Numbered from the stretch's first letter, positions 1 through 10,381 are shown. The stretch is 64,000 bases of DNA from an uncultured Alphaproteobacteria bacterium (GCA_963838735.1 CAWISG010000004.1:83928-147927); one strand, 5' to 3'. Translations and numbers: made by a program. Notes: generated by a model from the letters alone, not told the origin.

Positions 1-2595
1 CACGCCATAGGTGCGCGGTGCGCCGCGTGTCAGGTAATCCTGGAAAAACGCGTTCAGGTTCAATCCGTACACGTAATAGAACTTGTCCGTCAGGTTGCGT
101 CCGTATGCGCTGATCGCAAAGTTGTCGCGTTCATAGGTCACGCGCGCATCGAACAGCCAGTAGCTTGGATTGCCACAGGCCAGCTCCGGCGTTGCGGCAA
201 GGATGTTCGACCCCGCCGCGGGCTGGTCGCACGGATCCTGGTTGTAGTCCCCGAACGGATCGAAGAAATAGCTTCCCATGTAGCTGGCGTCCCCACGCAA
301 GGTCAGCTTGTTGATCCCGTCGTCGAACGGCGTCAACTCGACGCCGGCATTGAATGTCAGTTCGGGCGCATTCGGGAAGTCGTTGCCATTTATATCGAGC
401 GTAAGTGCAGTCGGGTCCGTAGGATCGACTGCATTGCCCTGATACTCGCTGTTGAGATAACCAACAGAGCTGTCCACGCGCAGGAAATCGTTGGGCTGCC
501 ACGTCAATTCCGCTTCGCCGCCAAACAGCCGCCCGTCGGCACTGCGCAGGAAGCTGGTTGCGCCGATGATTTGTGCGATCTGCTGGCCCGAATAGTCGTA
601 GTAGAAGCCCGCGGCGTTCAGCTGGATCGTGTTGTTGGCGAACCGGCTCTTGAAGCCCGCTTCGTACGCATTCACCTTCTCCGGCTCGACGAAATAAACC
701 TGGCTGATATCCTGATAGGCCAACCCGTTATATGTCCCCGCGCGATAGCCGCGCGAATAGCTGGCATAGACCAGCACGTCGTCGGCCACTTCGTAATCGA
801 GGATGACGCGACCGGTGAACTGTCCGGTATCCTCGCTCTGGTTCACACGCCCTGGATCGCCGACCAGCGGGAATTCGTACGGCACCAGGCTGGCAAAAGC
901 GTTCTCGCCGCCCAGATCGAATAGAACCGACGAACCGTTAGAGTATATCACATCGTCATAGGTATATCGCGCGCCAATGGTGAGCGAGAGGCGGTCGGTC
1001 AGGTCCAGCGTGCCCTCGCCATAAATTGCGGTGGAGGGTCGCTCGATAGTAAACTCCTGCCGGGCAAGGATCGGCCCGAAAGGCGGCGCACCCGCTGCGG
1101 CACAGGCGGCCTGGAAAGTCGTGCCGCCCGCGCTGTTGGTGGCTGCCACATCGGCATTGAACGCGAGCAGCGAGCGCGCGTCGAAAAAGCCGTTGGGATT
1201 GATGACGACCGGCGCGCAGAACCCCGGATCGTTGGGCGTCAGTGCGGGATTGACCGCGAAGGCAGGCAGTGTCCCGAGCGAATTGCCGACGGCGATCGGG
1301 ATATTGTTGAACCCGTCCGGCACGCCGAAGCTCTGCAACAGGGGCCGCAGAAAGCCGAAGAAGTCGGGTTCGTTCAGCGTGTCGATCTTGTCGACCCCGT
1401 AATATCCCCCCACGATAGCGCGGAACGGTCCGCCATCGTCGAAACTCAACCTTACATCGGCGTTGAGATTGGTGCTGTCCGAATTGTAGCGGATGGCGCA
1501 CACATTGTTGGGCGACCCGTCGCAATCGAAGGGCGAGAGCGAGAAGCTGCTTTCATCGTAGCCGAAGATACCCGTCAGGGTCAGGCTGTCGGAAATGTCG
1601 CCTTCCACCGTCAGCGCCGCGCCGTAGCTGTCAGTGCGGTAGAACCCGGCGGTGTCCGCCTGCACCTCGTCCTCTTCCAGAATGCGCCCGCCAAGTTCGG
1701 GCCGTGGCTGGAACCGGGAATAGCCGCCCGCATCGGTGCGCCCCTGCAGATAGCCGATACCATAGGGCAGATCCTGCCGAGGATTGGCTTTTGCGCCGTG
1801 CAATTTCAGTGTGACGCGGAAATCGTCCGACGGCTCGAGCTGGAACGTCACGCGCCCGGCAATGCTGTCCTGCTCCGCAAAATCCTGGTTCAGCGTGGGA
1901 TTGAACGTGTAGCCATCCGCCGTCGCGTATGTGCCTGCGACGCGGATGCCGAGGACATCGTCGACAATCTCGCCTTCGATCGCACCTTCCAGCTTGATAG
2001 CGTTGAAATTGCCGTAACTGGCGGTGAGATAGCCCGATGCGCCATCCAGTTGAGGCTTGCGCGTGATGAAGTTGATTGCGCCGCCTGTCGTGTTGCGCCC
2101 GAACAGCGTGCCCTGCGGCCCGCGCAGCACCTCGACCCGCTCAAGATCGTAAAGCTGCTGCCCATGGCTGGCGCGGAAGCTCTGATAAACCTCGTCCACA
2201 TACACACCGATGGGGCTGGCGGTGGAGGCGGAGAATTCGTTGGCAACGCCGATCCCGCGCAGCGAGAAGTTGGGCTGCGTATCGGAATAGGCGCTGGTGA
2301 CCTGCAGGTTGGGCAGACTGCCCATCAGGTCGCTTGTTTCGCTGATACCGCGCGCGGCAAGCTCGTCGCCGCTGATGGCGGACACCGAGATCGGCACATC
2401 CTGCAAATTGGTTGCGCGTTTGGTGGCGGTGATGACGATGGCGTCGATACCGGTGCCCCGTTGCGCACCTTGGCCTTCACCAGGCAGGTCGGTAACGGTC
2501 GGGTCGCTCGATTGCGCCTGCGCGGTGGATAGCGGCAGCAGACAAGCGCCTGCAAGAAGTGCGGCCTTGGTTATCAGGGTGCTTTGCATTTTCAT
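1..2595 (-). CDS. TonB-dependent receptor; the last few C-terminal residues lie beyond the left edge
   Basis: Absent from the supplied ORF track because this frame has no stop inside the window. Read from ATG 2595 (GGAGAA 7 nt upstream) it gives MKMQSTLITKAALLAGACLLPLSTAQAQ (signal peptide). Plug motifs follow: DAIVITATKR and VEVLRGPQGTLFGRNTTGGAINF. Barrel motif YSRGYRAGTYNG is present and the frame ends ...RGAPRTYGV at position 1. No listed minus-strand ORF in 1-2595 shares this frame. Confidence 0.85.
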   Translation of the reverse strand, partial: MKMQSTLITKAALLAGACLLPLSTAQAQSSDPTVTDLPGEGQGAQRGTGIDAIVITATKRATNLQDVPISVSAISGDELAARGISETSDLMGSLPNLQVTSAYSDTQPNFSLRGIGVANEFSASTASPIGVYVDEVYQSFRASHGQQLYDLERVEVLRGPQGTLFGRNTTGGAINFITRKPQLDGASGYLTASYGNFNAIKLEGAIEGEIVDDVLGIRVAGTYATADGYTFNPTLNQDFAEQDSIAGRVTFQLEPSDDFRVTLKLHGAKANPRQDLPYGIGYLQGRTDAGGYSRFQPRPELGGRILEEDEVQADTAGFYRTDSYGAALTVEGDISDSLTLTGIFGYDESSFSLSPFDCDGSPNNVCAIRYNSDSTNLNADVRLSFDDGGPFRAIVGGYYGVDKIDTLNEPDFFGFLRPLLQSFGVPDGFNNIPIAVGNSLGTLPAFAVNPALTPNDPGFCAPVVINPNGFFDARSLLAFNADVAATNSAGGTTFQAACAAAGAPPFGPILARQEFTIERPSTAIYGEGTLDLTDRLSLTIGARYTYDDVIYSNGSSVLFDLGGENAFASLVPYEFPLVGDPGRVNQSEDTGQFTGRVILDYEVADDVLVYASYSRGYRAGTYNGLAYQDISQVYFVEPEKVNAYEAGFKSRFANNTIQLNAAGFYYDYSGQQIAQIIGATSFLRSADGRLFGGEAELTWQPNDFLRVDSSVGYLNSEYQGNAVDPTDPTALTLDINGNDFPNAPELTFNAGVELTPFDDGINKLTLRGDASYMGSYFFDPFGDYNQDPCDQPAAGSNILAATPELACGNPSYWLFDARVTYERDNFAISAYGRNLTDKFYYVYGLNLNAFFQDYLTRGAPRTYGV

Positions 2596-2635
2596 CGTCG
2601 TTCTCCCGGTTGCGTTTATGTTTTCGTGTAATTGT

Positions 2636-3994
2636 TCAAGGTACCAGTATTGTCGTCGTCTCAGTGTAGGATGCGATGCCCTCCGGCCCCAATTCGCGGC
2701 CCACGCCGCTTTCGCGCCAGCCGCCGAACGGACTGCCGAAATCAAGAATTTTCTTGCTGTTGATGCCGACGGTGCCGGTTTTCAGGTTGCGCGCCAGAAT
2801 GGCCGCGCGCTCGGGATTGCGAGACCAGACGGACCCGGACAGGCCATAGCGATGGTCGTTCGCCATCGCTATGGCTTCGGCTTCGGTGCGATAGGTCTGT
2901 ACGGTGGCGATCGGGCCGAACAGCTCCTCGGTCACGATGGCTGCGTCCGGGGCGGACGGGCGGATCAGGGCGGGTGCAACGTAAGCGTCATCGGGCAAAG
3001 CGCGGGGTGCCGTCAGCAGCGTGCCACCCGCAATAACGTCCGCGCTGACCATCGCGCCGATGCGTTCGGCGGCGTCAGCGGAAACGACCGGGCCAATTTG
3101 CGTCGCGGTATCCAGCGGATCGCCGAAGCGCATTTGATCGACCAGCGCGATTAGTGCTTCCTCATACGCCGCCGAATGCGCGGCAGGCACTAGAATGCGC
3201 GACTGGGCGCCGCACACTTGGCCGTTATTCTGCATCATCGCCAGCCAGAGTTCGTCCGGCAGGTTCGCCGGGTCTAGATCATCGACCAGGATCGCCGCGC
3301 CTTTGCCGCCGAGCTCCAGCGTGACGCGTGCAAACCGTTCCATTGCGGCCATGCCGACGTGACGCCCGGCGGTCGTCGAACCGGTGAAGCTGATCTTGGC
3401 GAAACGCCCATCGGCAACCATCGTGCGCCCGATGTCGGCATCGCCCGTTACACTCTGCACCGCGCCTTTCGGCAGTGGCAGTTCGGCAAGATGCGCAGCA
3501 AACCGCCCCATGCTGCCAATGCTTTCGGGCGACGGCTTCAGAACGATGGGACAGCCTGCGCAGATGGCGGGCGCAAGTTTCATGCACGCAAGGAACAGCG
3601 GCACGTTCCACGGCACGATGCCCAACGCCGCGCCGACGGGCTGGTGCAGGATATGCGTGGTCCCCCCACGCAAACCCGTCCGCCGTTCCTCAAAAACAAA
3701 GCCTTCGATCAGCTCGGCATAGGCTTTCAACAAGCTGACCGCGCTGCCCACTTGCAGTCCTGCTGCCTGTGCCAACGGGCAACCGTTCTCTATCGTCACC
3801 AGAGCAGCGAGCGTATCGCTGTCAGCCTCGAGCCGGGCCGCCAGATCGAGCAGGGCCGCGCGACGTTCCATGACGCCAAGCGCTGCCATTGCAGGCTGGG
3901 CCGCATGGGCGGTTTCGGTAGCTGCGACGGCCTGGGTCGCGCTCACAAAAGTGCCGACCAGCGGTGATTCCGTCCACGGGCGACTTGCGCGCAT
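2636..3994 (-). CDS. aldehyde dehydrogenase family protein; the true N-terminus appears to lie in another frame up to 4052 (frameshift)
   Basis: 452-aa ORF with ALDH-type features: FTGSTTAGRHV, ELGGKG, and the catalytic-Cys region NNGQVCGAQSR. The N-terminal 28 codons (MSDAEHLVTGALVTGEGDTYARKSPVDG) sit in the frame of ORF 3822..4052. Confidence 0.85.
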   Translation of the reverse strand: MRASRPWTESPLVGTFVSATQAVAATETAHAAQPAMAALGVMERRAALLDLAARLEADSDTLAALVTIENGCPLAQAAGLQVGSAVSLLKAYAELIEGFVFEERRTGLRGGTTHILHQPVGAALGIVPWNVPLFLACMKLAPAICAGCPIVLKPSPESIGSMGRFAAHLAELPLPKGAVQSVTGDADIGRTMVADGRFAKISFTGSTTAGRHVGMAAMERFARVTLELGGKGAAILVDDLDPANLPDELWLAMMQNNGQVCGAQSRILVPAAHSAAYEEALIALVDQMRFGDPLDTATQIGPVVSADAAERIGAMVSADVIAGGTLLTAPRALPDDAYVAPALIRPSAPDAAIVTEELFGPIATVQTYRTEAEAIAMANDHRYGLSGSVWSRNPERAAILARNLKTGTVGINSKKILDFGSPFGGWRESGVGRELGPEGIASYTETTTILVP

Positions 3995-4048
3995 AGGTGT
4001 CGCCCTCCCCCGTTACCAGCGCCCCTGTGACGAGATGCTCCGCATCGC

Positions 4049-5524
4049 TCATCGCGCCGCCTCCAGCGCTCGCGTTGCAAATCCGCGATGCGCAGGGTCG
4101 CGGTACGCCTCGACCAGATCGCGCTTGCGTACCTTGCCGCTGTCCATGCGCGGGACGTGATCGACAAAGGCGATGGCGCGGGGCAGTTTGTAGCTGGCGA
4201 CCTGTTCGCGCAACCGGTCAGCCATCCGTACTGCCGCCTGTGCATCGGACGCCTGACCAGCAGCTAGTTCGACCACCGCCTGCACTGCCTCGCCAAGATC
4301 GGCATCGGGGACGCCAAACACCGCGCAATCCACGACTACCGGATCGGCCATCAGCGCCTCCTCAACCTGCGCCGGGTAGATATTCGCGCCGCCCGATATG
4401 ATGGTGAAAGCCGCGCGGTCGGTCAGGTACAGATAACCGTCGGCGTCCATATGTCCGATATCGCCCATCGTGGCCCAGCCTTGCGCGCTGGTTGCCGCCG
4501 CCGCCTTGTGCGGGTCGCCGTGATAGGCGTGCGCCGTGCGGCCTTCGAAGTAGACGCGGCCCGTTTCGCCGATCGGGACTTCGCCATCGTCTGTGTCGAG
4601 AATATGGATCGTGGAACCATAAGCGCGGCCCACGCTGCCTGGTCGCTCCAGCCATTCGGCGCTGGTAATATGGGTGAAGCCGACCGCTTCGGTGCCGCTG
4701 TAATACTCGTGCAGGATCGGCCCCCACAGCGCAATCATGCGGCGCTTCATATCCTTCGGACACGGCGCACCGGCGTGAATGGCGCAAACATGATGGTCGT
4801 TCGCGGCAGGCCGGTCGGGCAAAGCGAGGATGCGCGAGAACATCGTCGGCACCCACTGGCTGTGTGTGACCTGTTCGGCTGCAATCAGTTCCAGCGCGCG
4901 GGCCGCATCGAACCGCTCCATCGCCACCACGGTGCCGCCCAGCCGCTGCACCGTCATCGCGTAGCGCAGCGGGGCGGCGTGATAGAGCGGTGCGGGGCTG
5001 AGAAAGACGGTCTGCTCGTTCATGCCGAACAAATCGCGCGCCCGGTCCGTGCGGCGGGCATCGCTACCCAATGGAGCATGGGCCAGCGGACGTTTCACGC
5101 CCTTCGGCTTGCCCGTCGTTCCAGACGTGTACAACATATCACTGCCCTCGATCCGTGCGAAATCAGCGGTCGGTCCGTCCCACTCTTCGGGCGGCAAGGC
5201 ATTGGCACAATTGCTGGCGCGCGTCAGGACGACGCGCGCGTTACTGTCCAACAGAATGTGATCGCGTTCCGCAGCGGGCGTCTTTTCGGACATCGGCACG
5301 AAATACAGGCCGGACATCTGTGCCGCCCACGCCGCGACGAAGAATTCCGGACTGTTGCCCAAGATGACCGCAACGGTGTCTCCAGTACCGCAGCCGCGCT
5401 GCGCTAGCACGCCCGCCAACCGTTCGGCGCGGCGCGCAAGTTCGCCATAGGTCATGCGCGCCGTGCCCAGCACCAGCGCAATGCGATCGGGCGTCCGCTC
5501 CGCTATCGCGCCGGGCCAACTCAT
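4049..5524 (-). CDS. AMP-dependent acyl-CoA synthetase/ligase
   Basis: 491-aa ORF with AMP-binding motif MLYTSGTTGKPKGV and later GDIGHMDADGYLYLTDR. Its stop overlaps the next start (ATGA at 4049-4052). Confidence 0.9.
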   Translation of the reverse strand: MSWPGAIAERTPDRIALVLGTARMTYGELARRAERLAGVLAQRGCGTGDTVAVILGNSPEFFVAAWAAQMSGLYFVPMSEKTPAAERDHILLDSNARVVLTRASNCANALPPEEWDGPTADFARIEGSDMLYTSGTTGKPKGVKRPLAHAPLGSDARRTDRARDLFGMNEQTVFLSPAPLYHAAPLRYAMTVQRLGGTVVAMERFDAARALELIAAEQVTHSQWVPTMFSRILALPDRPAANDHHVCAIHAGAPCPKDMKRRMIALWGPILHEYYSGTEAVGFTHITSAEWLERPGSVGRAYGSTIHILDTDDGEVPIGETGRVYFEGRTAHAYHGDPHKAAAATSAQGWATMGDIGHMDADGYLYLTDRAAFTIISGGANIYPAQVEEALMADPVVVDCAVFGVPDADLGEAVQAVVELAAGQASDAQAAVRMADRLREQVASYKLPRAIAFVDHVPRMDSGKVRKRDLVEAYRDPAHRGFATRALEAAR

Positions 5525-6114
5525 GCGCCGCCCGCCGGGAAATGGGTGGCCTCGTTGAAACTGAGCAACCGCAGATCGTCGATGCAGGTGCCCGCCATCC
5601 GCGTGATACTGGCATGCCGCGGGGCGAACCGCGCAAGACTGCCCGCACCCACCGCCCGCGCCAGCGCGACATTAATCGGCAGGCCATGCGTGAACACCGC
5701 CACCCGGTTGCCCGCGCCGCGCAAAACCGCATTCAGCGAAGCCTCGACCCCGGCAACGAAGCGGTCATGATCCCCACCCAGCGCCACCACCGGGTTATCG
5801 AGGAATGCCTGCCATTTTGCGCCGCCTTCGGCCCGCCATGCTTCAACCGCGACATATTGCGCGCCGCCCTGATCCACTTCAGCCATACCTGTTTCGCATT
5901 TAACGGACAGGCCAAGTGCGCCCGCCAGTGGCTGTGCGGTCTGCATGGCGCGACGCAGCGGGCTGGAAACGATCAGGTCCACTGGTTCTTCTGCCAGCCG
6001 CTCGCCGGTCAGCGCAGCCTGACGACGGCCGAGAGCATTCAGCGGCGGATCGACTTGCGGATTGGCCCCTTCGACGTCGGGTGCGCCGTGGCGGATCAAG
6101 AGGAGCTGTTTCAC
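5521..6114 (-). CDS. histidine phosphatase (phosphoglycerate mutase-like) family protein
   Basis: The RHG motif (VKQLLLIRHGAPD) directly follows GTG 6114, which overlaps the TetR stop (GTGA). The longer listed ORF (to 6369) has an Arg/Gly-rich, non-protein-like N-terminus. Confidence 0.8.
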   Translation of the reverse strand: MKQLLLIRHGAPDVEGANPQVDPPLNALGRRQAALTGERLAEEPVDLIVSSPLRRAMQTAQPLAGALGLSVKCETGMAEVDQGGAQYVAVEAWRAEGGAKWQAFLDNPVVALGGDHDRFVAGVEASLNAVLRGAGNRVAVFTHGLPINVALARAVGAGSLARFAPRHASITRMAGTCIDDLRLLSFNEATHFPAGGA

Positions 6115-6797
6115 GCCTGCCTGCCATCCCCGCCGGCCAGCGTGTTGAACCAGATCAGCCCACTGGTGTAGCCAAGCTGTTCTATCAGCGCATCGGTCGG
6201 CTCGGCTTTCGGCAGGCCGAGTTCCAGATACGCCATCTGTTCGGTCATCGCCCCCAGCGCCGCCGCCGTTGCGCCAGCATCCAGCGCCGCGCCGACATGC
6301 CCCTGCGTCTGGCATTGCAGGATCCAGCGGTTGCTGCGTTCGATGAACAGGCCGCGTACGGAAAGCCACATGGTGCGGAACAGGTCGGCTTCGGGACGCG
6401 CGGCAGCCTCCCGCGTGACCCGGAACAGGTGGCGGCGCTCCGCATAGTTGCGAAAAAACGCCGTGTTGCGTTGCACCAGCCCGTCGAGCGTGGGCTTCGT
6501 TACCGCTCCACCGCCGCCGCTGGCTTGCCGCAAATCGCCATACAAGTCGGCGACGACGGCGATGAGAATGGCGTCCTTGCCGGTGAAATGGCGGTAGAAA
6601 TTACCGTGACTGACCCCGGCCCGTGCCGTGATGCCTGCGACAGTTGTGCCATCGAACCCGGTCTGGGCAAAGCAGACCTCGGCTGCCGCCATCAACTTGC
6701 TGCGTGTCACCCGACCGCGCTCGGTCGGGGCATCGACGCGCGATTTGTCGAGAATGCCCAGCACCGTGTCGGCGGTCAGGTCTGCGGTTTCGTTCAT
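6111..6797 (-). CDS. TetR/AcrR family transcriptional regulator
   Basis: N-terminal HTH region KLMAAAEVCFAQTGFDGTTVAGITARAGVSHGNFYRHFTGKD. Start ATG 6797 overlaps the upstream stop (ATGA). Confidence 0.85.
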   Translation of the reverse strand: MNETADLTADTVLGILDKSRVDAPTERGRVTRSKLMAAAEVCFAQTGFDGTTVAGITARAGVSHGNFYRHFTGKDAILIAVVADLYGDLRQASGGGGAVTKPTLDGLVQRNTAFFRNYAERRHLFRVTREAAARPEADLFRTMWLSVRGLFIERSNRWILQCQTQGHVGAALDAGATAAALGAMTEQMAYLELGLPKAEPTDALIEQLGYTSGLIWFNTLAGGDGRQA

Positions 6798-7249
6798 CCG
6801 GCGAAACCCTGGTCGAAGCCCATTGCAGCGAACCAGGCACGGTCCTTGCCCGCACGCCGCGCGCCGTGCTCGCACACAATCCGCGCGATTTCGGCGGGGG
6901 GACCGCCAGCGGCGTCATAGCCGCGCAGGAAGCTGTCGATGGCGTTCTGCAAGGCGGCGGTGCGTTCGCGCGGGGTTGCATCGCCGGAATCGTCCAGCGC
7001 GGTTCTCAGTTCGCTCGCTTCTTCGTGCGTTGCATCCAGCAACGAATGCGCAATCGCCTCGATATCCCGAGCTTCCTCGGCCTCGAACGCGGGCGTCGCA
7101 TCGAGTTGCGCGCGGATGATCTGCACTTGCCCCATCACCAGCATTGCCTGCTCGCGGGCTAGCGCCGCGCTTTCGGGGAGGGCGGGCAGGATGACATGCT
7201 CCAATGCCCGTACGCAGCTGTCGAGGCGATCCTGTACGCTTGGGTTCAT
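6794..7249 (-). CDS. hypothetical protein (151 aa), translationally coupled partner of the upstream kinase
   Basis: ORF with a 4-nt overlap at both ends and acidic helical-looking composition. I recognise no motif. Confidence 0.6.
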   Translation of the reverse strand: MNPSVQDRLDSCVRALEHVILPALPESAALAREQAMLVMGQVQIIRAQLDATPAFEAEEARDIEAIAHSLLDATHEEASELRTALDDSGDATPRERTAALQNAIDSFLRGYDAAGGPPAEIARIVCEHGARRAGKDRAWFAAMGFDQGFAG

Positions 7250-8409
7250 GACGCATCTCCCTGTCCCAAGTCGATCGTCAGCAGGCGCGCCAGTTCGTCT
7301 ACGAATTGCGGGCCCGTGGCGGCGAGGAATGTCAGCAGCACGTCCTGATGATTGTGCGCCTCCTTCGCGGCGCGCATTCCCAGCACGCTGACGAGGATGT
7401 AGCTTTTCCAGTTATTGAAAACGGTGAAGTACTGCAGGCGCTTGCGGTCCACCGGTCGCCCGCCAGCCGCTTCGTAGGCCGCAATGAAATCATCTTCGCC
7501 AGCAAAGATGTCGCTGGCGCGGAACGTGCCGTCGATGACGGTGCCGAACACGGGTTGCAGCAACCAGCCGAAATCGGCGTGGCGATCCCCGATATAGCTC
7601 ATTTCCCAGTCGAGCATGGCGGTCACTTCGCCTGTCGCTTCGTCGAACAGGTAATTTCCGGTGCGAAAATCGCCATGCACGAGGCTCAGTTCGTCGCAGT
7701 CGGGAATGTTGGCTTCCAGCCATTGCGTCGCTAGCCGGATGACCGGCTCCTTCGCCACCGCATCCTGTTCCAACAGCTCCTTCCAGAATCCGATCAGCCA
7801 GCGGGTTGCCTGTTTCGGGTCGGCATCGCCCCCTTCTTCGGGCGCGGCAAAGGACGGCAGGTCTGCGCTGCGCCAGTCGAAATTGTGGATGGCGACCAGC
7901 ATGTCGAGATATTGCGGGCGGATTGTGTCGCGCAGCGGATCGCCCAGCACGGTACCCAGCCCTGTCACGCTGAGATCGAGCGACGTGGGTTTCGGGCTGC
8001 CCGGCATCATTTCCATGATAAGCGCCGGTCGCGGGAACGTGGAGCCCTCCGCGTCGATCCAGATCGGTTGCGGCACCGGCACCACACCCTTCATTGCGCG
8101 CAGCACATCCCATTCGCGGCTGCGGCTGGTTTCGGTAATTGCTTCTTCGGGGTCCATTCGCAGGACATAGCGCTGCGGCTCGCCGCCCTTTGTGGTCAGC
8201 GAGAAGACGAATTGCTCTTTAGACGCTCCACCGCCCAGCCGCGAAACGTCGCCAATGGTTGCGCCCGGCTCTTCCCTGGCGAAGAACTTTTCCAGCAGGC
8301 CGCGCACTTCGCTATCGACTTGCGGGATATAGGGCGGCGCGGCGCGGCGGGCCTTGCGCTGTTCCAGCAGCGCCGCAAGGTGCGGTTCGGTGTCGATGGG
8401 GCGTGTCAT
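7246..8409 (-). CDS. phosphotransferase family protein (APH/ACAD10-11 N-terminal kinase-like)
   Basis: 387-aa ORF with catalytic-loop motif LVHGDFRTGNYLF and Mg-binding DWEMSYIGD. Confidence 0.85.
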   Translation of the reverse strand: MTRPIDTEPHLAALLEQRKARRAAPPYIPQVDSEVRGLLEKFFAREEPGATIGDVSRLGGGASKEQFVFSLTTKGGEPQRYVLRMDPEEAITETSRSREWDVLRAMKGVVPVPQPIWIDAEGSTFPRPALIMEMMPGSPKPTSLDLSVTGLGTVLGDPLRDTIRPQYLDMLVAIHNFDWRSADLPSFAAPEEGGDADPKQATRWLIGFWKELLEQDAVAKEPVIRLATQWLEANIPDCDELSLVHGDFRTGNYLFDEATGEVTAMLDWEMSYIGDRHADFGWLLQPVFGTVIDGTFRASDIFAGEDDFIAAYEAAGGRPVDRKRLQYFTVFNNWKSYILVSVLGMRAAKEAHNHQDVLLTFLAATGPQFVDELARLLTIDLGQGDAS

Positions 8410-9185
8410 CGGGTCCCTTCCTGTTCAATTGAATTAACAAAACGAGCCGCGCCAAAGCCGCCGTCGCAGTCCAGCACGACACCGTTGACCCAGCGTGCGG
8501 CGGGCGACAGCAGAAACTGTATGGCGGCGGCGATTTCGTCGGGCGTGCCGTGCCGTCCGGCCAGCTTCTCGGCAGCGGCAATACGGTCTGCGCCCATCGA
8601 ACGGCGGAAATCATCGAGAATGGCGGTTTCGACAGGCCCTGGCGCGACGGCATTGACCCTGCATCCGGCACCGATCAACCGCGCGGCCTGCACCTTGGTC
8701 CAGACATTCAGCAGCTTCTTGGAAAAGGCATAGGCTGCCGTCCCGTCCATCGTGGCGGCTTCCCGCTGTATTTCTGCGGCGGGTGCATCGACCAGTTCCG
8801 CAAGGCGCGCATCGGGCAGATCGCAGCGGTGCGCAGTAATGCTGCTGACCGACACGATGGCCGGGCGGTCCGCCCGCATCAGTGCGTCGTGCAGCGCATC
8901 GCTAAGCTGCCGGATGGCTAGGAAATTGACCCTTACGATGCTCGCCGGATCGAACGTGCCGGGCACGCCTGCGACATGAGCGATGGCATCGACTGCGCCG
9001 CATTCCCGCGCCAGTGCCGCTATCGCGCTTTCATCCGACAGGTCGCACGCGATGATGCCATCGCCCGCGCGCCGATCGACACCAACGACTTCCTCGCCAG
9101 CGTCGGCAAGCCGCCCCGCCAACGCGGCACCAATGCCACTTGCCGCGCCGGTGACGAGGGTGCGGCGGGACGTCACTGCGACCAC
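8406..9185 (-). CDS. SDR family oxidoreductase
   Basis: Rossmann motif TGAASGIGAALA near the N-terminus. The alternative start GTG 9176 would give a GTGA overlap with the P450 stop. Confidence 0.85.
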   Translation of the reverse strand: MVAVTSRRTLVTGAASGIGAALAGRLADAGEEVVGVDRRAGDGIIACDLSDESAIAALARECGAVDAIAHVAGVPGTFDPASIVRVNFLAIRQLSDALHDALMRADRPAIVSVSSITAHRCDLPDARLAELVDAPAAEIQREAATMDGTAAYAFSKKLLNVWTKVQAARLIGAGCRVNAVAPGPVETAILDDFRRSMGADRIAAAEKLAGRHGTPDEIAAAIQFLLSPAARWVNGVVLDCDGGFGAARFVNSIEQEGTR

Positions 9186-10381
9186 TCCACCATCAGCCGG
9201 TCATACCCGCTGAACCAGTTGTTCGCCGCCCGCTGCGCCGGTTCCACCACGCGAATATGCCGCATCGTAGCGAACAGTTCTTCGAGGAATATCCTAGCCT
9301 CCAGCCGCGCCAGATGCGCGCCCATGCAGAAATGCGCGCCGATACCGAAGGCGAGATGCGGGTTGGGCTTGCGGTCGATGCGGAACTGCTCCGGCGCATT
9401 AAACACCCGCTCGTCGCGGTTGGCGGAGGCGAAATACAGCACCACCTTGTCACCTGCCGCGATTTGCGTGCCGAACAGGTCGCCATTCTCCACCGCCGTG
9501 CGCCGCATATGAATGACAGGCGACACCCACCGCGCCATTTCCTCCACCGCGCCCGGAATGGCGGACGCATCGTTGCGCAGCGTCTGCACCTGTTCGGGAT
9601 GCCGCAGCAGTTCCTCGAGCCCGCCGGTCAGCAAAAACCGGGTGGTCTCGTTGCCCGCCACGGTCAGCACCATGAAATAGGCGTCCAGTTCTTCTTCGGT
9701 GAACGGCGCTCCCGCGCCCTCCGCCTGCGCCAGGGCCGAAGCGACATCATCGCCTGGTGCGCCCTTCTTCTGCGAAACAAGCTGGCGAAAATAGGCGAAC
9801 AGATGTGCGCGCGAGTGCGCTTGGTCCGCTTCGGTCGCGCGCACGTCGCTCATCGTGTTGGCCCATGCGACCAGATCGCGCTGGCGGCTGCCGGGCACGC
9901 CCAGCACGCCTGCGAAGACGATCATCGGGATGGTGACGGCAATCCGCTCCACAAAGTCGAATGGTTCGCCTTGCGGGGCATCGAGAATGAGCTCGCGGAT
10001 TATATCGCGCACCCAGTCCTCGCGTCGCCCGACCGCACTGCGCGCAAAGGCGGCAACGCCCGGTGCGCGCAGGCGCGAATGGTGGGGCGCATCGCTGTTG
10101 TGAACGCTGTGTGCGCCCGATCCCTCGGCGCGTTTATTGCGGATTTGCGTGCCCTCGCCGTTGACGAAACCGCGATGGTCGCGTGCGATGGCGGCAACGT
10201 GTTCGTGCCGCGTCAGCGCCCAGAACCCGTCGCCCGGTACGGTGTTTGCTTCGGGACCGGCGTTCCAATGGACCGGCGCATGGTCGCGCAAATGGCGGAA
10301 GGCGGCATATTGATCGCCCGCGGCAAACGGCGCGACGTCGATCAGGTCGATATCCGCAGTCTCGCGTACGCTTGTCGCCAT
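9173..10381 (-). CDS. cytochrome P450
   Basis: Heme-binding loop FGIGAHFCMGAHLA, EETR-type motif AGNETTR, and ExxR region. Start chosen at MATSVRETADIDLIDV (ATG 10381); the listed ORF extends to 10438. Confidence 0.9.
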   Translation of the reverse strand: MATSVRETADIDLIDVAPFAAGDQYAAFRHLRDHAPVHWNAGPEANTVPGDGFWALTRHEHVAAIARDHRGFVNGEGTQIRNKRAEGSGAHSVHNSDAPHHSRLRAPGVAAFARSAVGRREDWVRDIIRELILDAPQGEPFDFVERIAVTIPMIVFAGVLGVPGSRQRDLVAWANTMSDVRATEADQAHSRAHLFAYFRQLVSQKKGAPGDDVASALAQAEGAGAPFTEEELDAYFMVLTVAGNETTRFLLTGGLEELLRHPEQVQTLRNDASAIPGAVEEMARWVSPVIHMRRTAVENGDLFGTQIAAGDKVVLYFASANRDERVFNAPEQFRIDRKPNPHLAFGIGAHFCMGAHLARLEARIFLEELFATMRHIRVVEPAQRAANNWFSGYDRLMVEWSQ

